A stretch of 64,000 nucleotides of DNA from contig MNCI01001065.1 in the NCBI GenBank assembly GCA_015680685.1, positions 140,029 through 204,028 of the forward strand. The letters run 5' to 3'. Of the stretch, positions 52,950 to 64,000 are shown piece by piece. This DNA is from Gnetum montanum (taxonomy: Eukaryota > Plantae > Gnetophyta). The translations under genes and the position numbers were made by a program. Every line of letters begins with the position of its first letter. The first letter of the stretch is position 1. Under the pieces are notes generated by a model. It did not search any database and had not been told where the DNA came from. It saw only the letters and a list, made by a program, of their open reading frames with translations.

Positions 52950-55050
52950 TTTTTCCTTTTAGGCTCAGGTAAAATCATACTTATAAAGTAGGCTTATGAA
53001 AAAATAACACAATGACTTTTATCAACAAATGAAAACCACCTCAAAACTCTTATAATTTAATAATGAAGATGAGGCAATAATAGCAAGGCCATTGAAGCAT
53101 GAATTAAAATGCCTTATGGAATGCAGTAATCCTATTTTAATGAACTTGAATGGATAGATCTCTTCTTTTCATGGTTGAGGGATTTTAACAAACATTTCTA
53201 AATGGATCAAGCACCTAATCACATAGAAAATTTCTATGTACAAAGTCAATTAAATAATTTAGTAACAATTTGATGAAATAAATATTTTAATGATTACTTT
53301 TCAAACAAATGTATTTTCCACAAAGATTGGATGAAACATGTACCCAATAGAATGTAAAGTATTTACTAAAGAAGAAAGTTGTGAAAAATGATGAAGTACT
53401 TAAGGTATAATGAATATTAAAGACTTCTTCATTGATTTTATTAAGATAATTAAGAAAGTGTTAGCCAATTTGATTGTTAATAAGCAAGAAATTTCCTAAA
53501 AATGATCTAGAAATATCTTATGAACAAAAATTTGGCATTTTATTAGTCTCAATATTTCAATAATAAATACAATATTACAATGAAATATGAGCAAAAGCAA
53601 ATAGTAGTAGATCAATGAGGTTTTAGATTAGTGGTAAGATTCTTAATATAGAAAAGACATGATCACAATATCAATTCTAATGAACAATGTTGTGTTATGA
53701 ACAAATAAAAAAATTCATAGAAAGAAGCTCTAAAATTAGTCTGATAGATCCAAGAGGGTCTTAGTGAATGTCAAAGGGTTCAGATAGAGACATGAATAAT
53801 AAAAATGCTTTAAACAAAGCTTAAAATAAAGAAGATAAAAGGTACATGAAAGGTTTAGTGTTTTGCTTACAATGAACTACACCAATTCAATTTCAAAAGT
53901 CAAAGAGTAATATTTAGACAGAGACATCAACAAGGATAATTATTAAAATAAGTTAAAATTAAGGAGATAAAAGATAAAGAAAGTGGTGCATGAAATGTTT
54001 AGTTCTTTACTTATGATGAATTAGGCCATAAGCACTAAGGTGCCAAAGCCCAAGCAAGTGGGAGGAATAAGAAGTTGTAAGAAATGAAGAAGAATGAAAT
54101 TTCATTACAAGGTATGTTGAGGGATAAACCTAATCCTTCAAGGATTAAAGAAATTTGATAATATTAATGAGGGAAAATAACTCTCAAAAAATTGTTACTC
54201 ATAATAAAGATTCAATGTTTTTCCCATGTGCAAATGAATTACATATTAATTAATGAAGGGGCATAATAGTATGTTACTTTCTTCAATATTATAAAGAATT
54301 AACTTAGAAATAAATCAAAAACCTTACATTTACAAGGTACATTAGCTTTTCAAGGACCTTTCTAAGAAGCTAAGAAAGTAAATGATTGTAAGTCATGGTT
54401 AAAGAAATTTAATGTTTAGAAAATCTATGTGAATAATTACACTTATGTATTAATTTCATTAATTTCTAAGCAAGTTGAAATAAAATTTAAGACTAAATCA
54501 TCTTTAGTATTTTTGAGTAGACAGTTCTAAAATTGGAAACTTTTTTCTTTCCATATTTTTTTCTGATGATGTCTACTCAATGTCAAGTTTGTGATGTACT
54601 TTAAATTTTCTTTGTTCACTATTAATATTTTTTTGGTGTCAAACACCACCATTCCCAACTTGAGATTAAAGCCTTATTAAGAAAGTTTTCAAAGGTATTT
54701 AAGAAAATTCTAGAGAAATATTTTGTAAAAGATCATCATTTAATATCAAATAAATTTCATATGATGAACTTTCATTTCTAATAAAAATTTTTATAGAATG
54801 ACATCTTAATAAATTCAAGGCAAGAACTTAAAAAAAGAGTGAATGAGATTGTAACCATTGGTTTTAAGAAGAAAATTAATTTCCCTTACATTATACAATA
54901 CTATATTAGGAGAATTACTAAGTTTTCTTAGTAACATTTTCAATAAATCAATCAAGTTTTCAATAGTAATATCTCATTTATGTCTAATGTGCTCAAATGT
55001 AAGACATTACAAGAAAGTATGATGTTTATCTTCAATGCTATTTTTATTGC
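52950..55050 (+). mobile_element. Highly decayed CRM-like gag-PR-RT start
   Basis: INLEINQKPYIYKVH*LF ~54300; EIKALLRKFSKVF ~54660; QELKKRVNEIV ~54820. The order is collinear with CRM copy 1. Confidence 0.55.
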
Positions 55051-55069
55051 ACAATCAGTATATTTGTCC

Positions 55070-55263
55070 TTCATAAGGAATTTTAAGCTATCTACCTCAT
55101 CTCTTAAGTTCTTCATGAGGTTGTAGGGTTTAATTCCTACCTTTGTTTACAGATGTGATAGTAGTGAACCTTTTTGTTTAGTGGGTCACATCTACCTTCT
55201 TGTGTGGGTATGGGTTGTGCTACCAACCCTAAGTCTCCTTGCTTTAAAAAAATGAAAAAAAAT
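55070..55263 (+). mobile_element. Possible tRNA-derived SINE (longer family)
   Basis: B-box-like GGGTTTAATTCC ~55126 and an A-rich tail at 55245-55262; the A box is unclear. Confidence 0.4.
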
Positions 55264-55317
55264 AGTGTTTTTTTTTTCATAACAATTTAAGCTTATGAAG
55301 TATTGCTTACTTAGCTA

Positions 55318-55398
55318 GAGCATGCAACTATGTTTAATTTTAAGGATCATGCAACTATGCTTAATTTTAAGGAGCATGCAACTATGTTTAACTTTAAG
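55318..55398. repeat. 27-bp minisatellite x3
   Basis: GAGCATGCAACTATGTTTAATTTTAAG units at 55318, 55345 and 55372. Confidence 0.92.
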
Positions 55399-55779
55399 GA
55401 GTATGGTGATTTGACACCATTATGCATACTTTGCTTAAGTTCTATAAGAGTATCATGCTAGTTATATATTCAAGGTACATATAGTTAAATAGTTTTAAGC
55501 TCCAATACCTCATATCAAATTAAACTTTGAATAATATGTTGCAAATTCAGTGTTTAAACAATGATTTATTTAGATATTATTAGACTAAACATGCTATGCC
55601 TTTCAATAAGAAGCATGATTAGTGTAAACAATAATATTTTATCTATATTCAATCAAATATGAGGAGTTAATCACTTTTTACAACTCTAGAGGAATAGAAT
55701 TCAAACTATTTAGAAATTGATAAGACTCCTTGGATTCATTAGACTAGTTTCAAAACTCCCCAAGATATATAACTCAACA

Positions 55780-55847
55780 ATGCCCACCAAAATCGAACCC
55801 ATGACTTAAAACCTTTAAATCAATAGTCTTACCACTAGTTGAACACC
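55780..55847 (-). mobile_element. tRNA-like SINE head
   Basis: Minus strand CAACTAGTGGTAAGAC...GGGTTCGATTTT with tRNA-like A/B box spacing. Confidence 0.55.
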
Positions 55848-55872
55848 TTGCTTGGAGTGATACCATGAAGTG

Positions 55873-55962
55873 TTAGTTTAATAAAAAGAGTCTTGGATTG
55901 GTAACCTCAAATCATAGGTTCGATTCCTCAGAGTACTATAAAGTTATAAATTTGAAAAAAAA
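55873..55962 (+). mobile_element. tRNA-derived SINE, same family as 49991-50085
   Basis: TAGTTTAATAAAAAGAGTCTTG...CATAGGTTCGATTCC...AAGTTATAAATTTGAAAAAAAA. Confidence 0.7.
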
Positions 55963-57822
55963 TTGTAAATGGAATTATGGATTTGATTTGATAAATCTAA
56001 AGTGTCTTAGCAAACATAAGCAAAAATTCTAGTTTTAGTTGTAATATCTTATTCTTCATGACATGCAAATTTCATTATTATATAATTTTTCAATTGTGAA
56101 TGCTAGTAGTATTTTAATTTCATTATGCTTTTAAATAATTAGTTTTAGATAAACAAGTACTCATAATAAATCATTGTAAACTTCTTTTTTACTTTAAAAA
56201 TTTAGTCCATATTGCATAAGAACCTTAGTATTTTTCAAATGTGATTTATCATAGGCTCAATTAGAATTCGATTCAACTTGTATTAAGGCAATCTAATTTT
56301 TATTATAAACTTTATTTTTAATGAAAAATGAATATTTTTTTAAATGATTTATCTAACTGCTATGACAACTCAACTTACTTGTAGATTTTCTTTGATTTTT
56401 TAAACCTTCCAACCTAATGTATTTATTGAACATTTTAAATAGTGGACGAAATGAAGACATTAACATGAAGATACTTTTCAAAAATTCTTCAAAAATTTAT
56501 ATTTCATTTAAGATCATAGTTATTTTGTAGTTTCTTCTATTTAACTTCTTTGAATTTGTTTATTTTTTTAATAAAATTTACTTTTACATCAACTTTCAAG
56601 AACTCTTATAGAGTCATGTACATTGCTTTGGATTAGGAGATTAGAAGTGATGACTTTTATAAATACAAAACCCAATGGATCCATCACAACGGAAAGATTA
56701 CTTGGAAAGCTCCAAAGAAATGACTCCCATTGCAAGATACCTTTTTTGGGCTAGATAAAGGAATCTATGTTGTTCCAAAAGATGAAAGCTTTAGCATAAC
56801 CCTAGAATGTAGGATTACAAATTTCATAAATTTCTTTGAATATTTATTTTTTAAATGTCCTTTGATTGTTGCATGTGCAACTCAATTGAATGAGATTTAT
56901 TTTTACATAGTTTTAGATTAGTTTTTCTGACCTTGGATGCTTGGTTGTGCTATATGAGAGAGAAATCATTTTGGGCTTTCATCGTTGATGGACTACACTA
57001 CCATATCTTAACCATGACCTTTGAAATATCTAGATCCTAAGGCATTGTCTTGAATTATCAGGTTCTATTTTGTTTATTAAGAAAAGAGGTCATGAATCTT
57101 TCAAATGGTTGTTGTACTAGTATACACATTTAAATCCATCATTCTATATCACAATCTCTTTGTAATGGTAGGGGAAATAGTCTTTTGAAGCAAATGTGAG
57201 GAATACACTTTATGGCTTGAAGAAATAAAATTAGTATAAAACACCTAAATTTGTTCTTCCAATTATAGTCAAAGATTAGGATCTAGTTCAACTCCATGTG
57301 GAACTTGAAGGTCATCAAAAGACATGCATATCCTAGGAGATAACATAAAAAGCCCTTTGACTTCAACTTTTATTCCTTAGTTACTATCAAAAGAGTCTTA
57401 AAAGATTATTTAAGCTTGACTCTCACCTTTAGTTGAAACACCATTAAAATTAATTTGGATATCTAATGTGGGACAAAAGCCCCACTTTAAAAGGTACAAG
57501 ATTTAAAATCTCCAAAACTTCATTAGCTACTTCATGGGTTTAATTAAGGAAAGACATTGAGCAGTGATGAGCAATAGAGCAATCCTAACACTCTACCACA
57601 CACGTCACGAGTGCCAATGCATGACTAAATTGTAATCCATGAATGGGCAATGTAATTATGCTAGTAATTGATGTTAAGTTCAAGATTGTTGTCTTCCAAC
57701 TTTAAGATAGTGAAGTCTAAGTGTATGGTTTAGCTCTTAATGAGCCATATGATTAACTAATGTTGAGAGGCTCTATTCACCTTCTTGTGTGTCAAAAAAT
57801 TAAGTAAAATTCAATCAAAAGT

Positions 57823-58957
57823 TGTTTGTATGGTTGTGTGGTTGTTGTGTTTGTAAGACAAAGTACATGGGAAACCAAGATGAGATGATAAGGAATGAAC
57901 TAGTGAGCTTAAAGGAAAAGGTCATTTACAAAGTCTTAAGCGAACATGCAAGAATTCAAAGAACATGGACAAAGACCAAACAACTTATAAGAAAATTTAA
58001 CATCATTGGAGCATGTGGAAAGGCAAGATCCTGGACAAGGAATGAAGAAATCAAAATGCAAAGGAAGTAGAGAAAGACATCTCCAAGAAATAGTAGATGT
58101 CTTGGTATAATTGAAGGTAGCATAGGCAAAGATGTCTCTACAAAACAACAGACATCTTTGATCATACAAAGATGTCTTCTCAAAATAAAGGCTAGTTACA
58201 AAAAGACGTATATCACCAGACAAAGATGTCTTCCTAAAAAGGAGGCTAGATGTAGAAGGTTATCTCAGCAATGAAGAAGACGTCTTCCATGACCATTAAC
58301 TAGTCATTACACTAATTCCAAGATGAATTTGAAAACTTATTCATTATAAGAAGATATCATTCTTATTGGAAAATGTGCAAGCTTTTGTACAATCATTATG
58401 TAATCATTGTAATCATTATTGCTTTTCATTGTATTATATTTTATCTATTGTAAAGTTAGCTATACTTCAAGTACAAGGATTAGCAAACTAAGCTGCATTC
58501 ATCCCTTGTAATTATTGTTCTCTTTTGTTACCTTGCAGGGTTGATGTGCTTCTTATGAGAAGGCATCTTACTTGAGCTTTTCGGGATCCTTTGAATTAAG
58601 TGTTGTTGTAGCACCATAACACTTCAAAGTAGAGCTCAATACTGTAAAGGTTGTAGGATCCTGGAAATCACATTCTAAGCTTGTCAAGACCTTGCAGAGT
58701 TGAGAGGATTCATAGTGTTGAATCACTCCAAAGAGGACCTTAGAGCTTATACAAGGCATGGTACCCTTCAAACCACATTGAGAGCAACAAAGTTCAAAGG
58801 TACCCTTGCAAACTACCCTCCAAGTATGGACTACCCAAGTTGGGAAACCATGTTAAATGTTGTGTGTGTGCTTTGTTCCAAAGCATTTTATTTTAGGGAA
58901 CTTATTCATCCTTCCCCCCTTCTAAGTTCAATGATCCACAGGCTCTTAAGTGCTCCT
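57823..58957 (+). mobile_element. SIRE-like solo LTR
   Basis: TG start; AAAGT on both sides (57818-57822 / 58958-58962); palindrome array 58070-58290; C-rich CTTATTCATCCTTCCCCCCTTCTAAG near the end; homologous to 25126-25616. Confidence 0.7.
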
Positions 58958-59027
58958 AAAGTAAACATGATTAAATAATTTCTAAGACTATTTAGCTAAT
59001 AAAAAATAAATTTACCTTATCCTAATG

Positions 59028-61067
59028 TGATGGACATTCGATCCTGGTCTACCATTCACACCTTGGACTTGTGTAGTTATCGTTGGGATTACCAAGTGGA
59101 ATTACTACTGCTCACACCAAGAAACACTACTACTAGGTTACTAGATAACTACATCAAGCACTTGAAATTAGTCATATCCATTTTTCTTACTAAGGAAATG
59201 TAAAATAAAGTGCTTGAAATATAAATGATTAACTAACAAAATAGTAAAGATTATGCTAAGTAAACAAATAAAACTAAGGAAATGTTGCAATAATGGAAAG
59301 TAATCTCGATCTTTATTGCCCTCATGAACTACATCCAAGTACAATTCACTTGGATAAAAACACTAGACAACTACCAAACATCACACTATAGGCATTCACT
59401 TTCTACTACAACTGTGAAATAAAACTGCAAGAGTTTCCCTAAGACTTGGAATCAAAAGCTATAGATTGTGTGCTCAAGTGTCAATATTTATAGGGCTACA
59501 TGAATCCTGAGACATCACATCAACAATAATGTAGCATGTACCATGACATCGTTTCTACAGTATTGTAGATACAATATCACATCACAACAAAAATTGACTT
59601 TATCATACCCTCACGACTAACTCAAAACTCATCCTTGAGTTAAAACAAAATGACGATAGATTCCCTTACAAAATTTGGAGGTAAACTTGATTGTATGACT
59701 TACTAATTATTTATATGACTTAGCATGTCACAGTGGTGTTTTTACAAAATATGACATAGTTACATGACAAGATGAAACAAAATGTAATAAAACAAAACTT
59801 GGAGTAACTCAATGTAGCTAATGTTCTATGCAATGGTGGCTCTTCCATTGACTACTTCGTTTATTGTTAGAATTTTTGAATTGGTATATGTTAAGAAATA
59901 CTTGAAGTTTTTCTTCCTCTATCCTTGGATCATGTGTTGTCCATGCTTGTTGTGCAATGTTGGATGAAGTAGGTACATCCCATGGGCATGGCAACTATGG
60001 AAATATTTTGTTGACCTTTACATACCATGGTCCAAACTACTGCTTCTCTTCTTCAAAAGCTCTGGTTGTCTTTCTCAGCTTTTGATAATTTGACATTCAA
60101 CGTGCTAGGTAAGCTACTACATCCTCCTGGCCTTGGTAGTTAGCTTTCATAATTTCAAGTTCAGAATTTGTGACATGTAATTTCTATAACAAATCCTTTC
60201 AGTTAACAAACTTCTTCTCAAACATGACATAGATTATCAATACCTACTACTCAAACTCATTTCTAGGCTTGCCTACTATTAACATGGCTAGATTAGCATA
60301 CTAAAGGTTTGATAATCCCATGTACTCTATCAAATCTTCAATATACAGGTCCTTATTTTTCACTTCAGCTTGGTGAACATGACCGAGGCTATCCAACATT
60401 GGCTTCTAAGCTAGGTTTTATGTAGAAACTAAATTGATTTTGGTCCTTTTCATCTAGATCTCTTTCTCATTTATTTATTTGTACATGCCCAGCTGATCCC
60501 TAAAGTGTTCTTTTAGTTGCTCATGTTTCTTAGCATCATTCTGCCATGTGCTGATTTCAATTGCAAACTTTTGGTGAATGGTTCAGACCTCTTCCATTAA
60601 TAGGATTTCAATTTCCTAAACCAAGCAACTCATATCTTGGTCAACTCTACCTAGTCTTTCTCGGAGCCATTGATTTTTCTCCTCAAGAACATTTTTCTGC
60701 TTCTCTATACTTATTAAATGAGCATTATTGGAAACTAATTATTTGTTTTCTTTTTATAAGGCTATGAGAGATTTATTATGTGCATACATTTGTGCCTTAG
60801 CAATAGATGCATCCCACACTGCCTTCTACTTCTCTTTCTTCATTCTCATATTATGGTTAATCAACCTCCTCATGTGGTCGATTCTAAATTGACCTAGTTG
60901 GTCTAGTGTTATGAATTGTGTCAAGCCTCTTCTTTCAACTCTTAGGGTGGCTAACTCCTCTTGAAACTCTTGTAACTCATTCTTTGCATGCTTAGCCCTA
61001 CTTTTAGCCATGATCAACTATCCTTTTATAGCAATCAAATCAAACTAGCCTTCAGTGATATCACTAG
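59028..61067 (-). mobile_element. Athila-like element, 3' end: LTR 59028-59605 plus 3' internal region with a decayed coiled-coil-like ORF
   Basis: TGATG...TATCA termini; minus strand CTCAAGGATGAG...GTGAGGGTA pre-LTR/PPT motif; ORF relic 61017-60826 (ELQEFQEELATLRVE). Confidence 0.65.
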
Positions 61068-63077
61068 TGATGAGTGGCGAGGTACCCCTACACTCAACCA
61101 TATGAATACAAGCGTTACACGCGCGATTTGGTCAAACTCCGCAGACTAAGTTCCTACACGCCTTATGGAACACTTAAGGTTAATCATTCATTGTCTTCCC
61201 AGACTTGTATTTTTCACAGTTGTATGGTTAAGTAAGTCTGAGGTATGTAATTTTTATGTCTTTTCTCTTTTATCGCCTATGCTAATAAGGGAAAGGGTGA
61301 AGAGACTAAGTAACTAACTTTAACTAACTAAGTTCTAATGCCTAGCATTAGTATCTATCCCACTTGCTGTCTCATACCCTAAACCAATGCAACGCTACTA
61401 GGGTTACCAAACATTATTTGTTACTAGGATTACCAAGCGTAATGCACGTGCTCGAAGCAGTCGTACTGAATGCACTTAACTAGGAGTGTTAAGGGTTGAC
61501 AAAGATTAAGTCCTTAAGAAAGCATTTAAACACTTAACAATAATTAGATTCCTATTTAGCTTAGTCCATGCACTGCAAGGTTTATCCAAAAGTTCATCTT
61601 TATTTCCGTACACAAACGTGTGCTCAGGTACAGTATTTGCTTGAATAAAGATCCATTCACTTTGGGACTCCTACTGCGGGCACATGGAAATTAATCTAAC
61701 TCTGGAATGGAAAAATGGCAAGAGTTTGGCTAAGGTCTAGATCTAGATGAAGTAACAAGGGAGAGCCGCCTCTTATTTATAGAACTAGCGGCGAACTGCA
61801 ATATCACGTATGCGATATCGCAGGGAAGGACGTGATATCGCGACCTATGCGATATCATGTCCCATCATACCCCCATGACTGAATAAAAACTCGTCCTCAA
61901 GTTCCTTCCAAGATATTGGGAAGGTATGGAATTATTGACTTGAATGGAACTAATGGTAAATGGGAAGACATGTGAACGGATCATCATTACAAAACATGAA
62001 AAAACTGGTGTTCACGACAACAAGAGTGAACACTTTATACATTTGACATCAGGCCTTATTTGGCAGCTAAGAGAGAAGAGAGAAGAAGTCTGCTACTGCC
62101 AACGCCAAGATTGCACCTTTTGTTGTCCATCCATAAGCACGCCATCAATCTNGTAGGGGTTAGGAGAAAATTGAAAAAATTGGACTAGGACCCCCATGAC
62201 TGAGAGCAAACCTCCGGTAGCGATAGAATGGATGAAAACGATAAGGAATAAGAAAGACAAATAAAAAGAGACAACTATAACGTTGATGAAATAAATGTCT
62301 AGATGGAAATGAACAAAATAAGGTTGATTACAAAAATGTTAAGGGAAAGAAATTAACTGATGCACCAACGAGGAATGCCAGTGGGTCCTCCCTAAAGCAG
62401 GTTCATGCCCTTGATGCCCTGACAAACCCACATTCAAAGAGTCCGTAGGCTCTGGGAATGTCATTTGGAACAAGAGTTAAAGTCTTAACCAAAAGAATTT
62501 ACCACAAAGAAAACAATGTGTCAACCAAAATATACACTAATGATACAATTGGCAATGAGATGAACAATGAAGAAAGAATGATGGAAAGAAGATAATGGAA
62601 TGGAGTCTCAAGAACAAGGTGGTGTACCACCCCTTATGTATTTAATGATTAATGTGACTTAGTAGATCCCATTCCAAATCCAGCCTCAAACAACCCACAT
62701 TCAGTGACTTCGCATTAATACATTCAGTCCATCCATCCACTTGAACTAACAAGAATGCATCCCTCAAAGAGCCACCACCATTCCGACGAAACAAGGGAGG
62801 AAAAAGTAGGAAGTGGGGAAGGGCCTTAGTTAGAGGGAACATGTTTTTAGTTCCATAACTAGTGCTTGTAGCCCAGATGATTATTTCTTCTAAGGGGTGT
62901 GCTTTGAATCCTCACTATTTTTATTTTTATTTTTGGGTTTTATGTGTTTATACGTGAGAACCACACCATGCAAAGACTTTTTATTTTTATTTTTATTTAC
63001 TCAACTTCCCAATAATTGGGTAACGTCGAAACGGTAAGAAAGCTCAAGAAGAAAACATCCAAGCACCCAAGAGAATG
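61068..63077 (-). mobile_element. Younger Athila-like element, 3' end: LTR 61068-61867 plus 3' non-coding region, nested in the previous element
   Basis: TGATG...CATCA termini; minus strand CTTGAGGACGAG...CAGTCATGGGGGTA PPT; second PPT-like copy at ~62190; minus-strand TATA (CTATAAATAAG) ~61775; CpGs retained. Confidence 0.75.
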
Positions 63078-63950
63078 NNNNNNNNNNNNNNNNNNNNNNN
63101 NNNNNNNNNNNNNNNNNNNNNNNNNNNNNNNNNNNNNNNNNNNNNNNNNNNNNNNNNNNNNNNNNNNNNNNNNNNNNNNNNNNNNNNNNNNNNNNNNNNN
63201 NNNNNNNNNNNNNNNNNNNNNNNNNNNNNNNNNNNNNNNNNNNNNNNNNNNNNNNNNNNNNNNNNNNNNNNNNNNNNNNNNNNNNNNNNNNNNNNNNNNN
63301 NNNNNNNNNNNNNNNNNNNNNNNNNNNNNNNNNNNNNNNNNNNNNNNNNNNNNNNNNNNNNNNNNNNNNNNNNNNNNNNNNNNNNNNNNNNNNNNNNNNN
63401 NNNNNNNNNNNNNNNNNNNNNNNNNNNNNNNNNNNNNNNNNNNNNNNNNNNNNNNNNNNNNNNNNNNNNNNNNNNNNNNNNNNNNNNNNNNNNNNNNNNN
63501 NNNNNNNNNNNNNNNNNNNNNNNNNNNNNNNNNNNNNNNNNNNNNNNNNNNNNNNNNNNNNNNNNNNNNNNNNNNNNNNNNNNNNNNNNNNNNNNNNNNN
63601 NNNNNNNNNNNNNNNNNNNNNNNNNNNNNNNNNNNNNNNNNNNNNNNNNNNNNNNNNNNNNNNNNNNNNNNNNNNNNNNNNNNNNNNNNNNNNNNNNNNN
63701 NNNNNNNNNNNNNNNNNNNNNNNNNNNNNNNNNNNNNNNNNNNNNNNNNNNNNNNNNNNNNNNNNNNNNNNNNNNNNNNNNNNNNNNNNNNNNNNNNNNN
63801 NNNNNNNNNNNNNNNNNNNNNNNNNNNNNNNNNNNNNNNNNNNNNNNNNNNNNNNNNNNNNNNNNNNNNNNNNNNNNNNNNNNNNNNNNNNNNNNNNNNN
63901 NNNNNNNNNNNNNNNNNNNNNNNNNNNNNNNNNNNNNNNNNNNNNNNNNN
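63078..63950. other. Assembly gap (N run)
   Basis: Run of N. Confidence 1.
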
Positions 63951-64000
63951 TTCTCTTGTTGTGTGGTTTCTACATATAGGCACTTTTGTATGTTAACTTC

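Noticed and set aside
49991-55962. True tRNA genes
   Set aside because: The A/B boxes are degenerate, no convincing cloverleaf is visible, and A-rich tails indicate SINEs.
57330-57500. TRIM-like LTR fragment (…TAATGTGGGAC…)
   Set aside because: Only a short motif resemblance; no termini, PBS, PPT or TSD found.

Overview
AT-rich, CpG-depleted plant nuclear DNA made almost entirely of nested, decayed retrotransposons. I see no intact protein-coding gene. The only host locus is the 3' end of a laccase pseudogene (6378-7023), which is cut by a Tork/Tnt1-like Copia that itself carries a Tat-like LTR in its gag. Moving right: a Copia with both LTRs but no integrase (7588-13107); a LINE RT fragment (~13430-13900); and a CRM-like Gypsy (19341-25125) holding a solo LTR that captured an NMD3 coding fragment. 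Next is an old Copia (~28291-43798). It hosts a ~0.7 kb internally deleted RTE LINE with a 5S-rRNA-derived head (itself split by a non-autonomous CRM copy, 32541-38291) and a gag-only LTR element (40023-43734). Then come solo LTRs (43961-46790, 57823-58957), tRNA-derived SINEs and two nested Athila-like 3' ends. There are two assembly gaps. The most novel-looking items are the 5S-headed RTE derivative, the NMD3 capture inside an LTR, and an AGACGTCT palindrome array shared by Gypsy and Copia LTRs. All family assignments come from motif recognition by eye; no searches were run.
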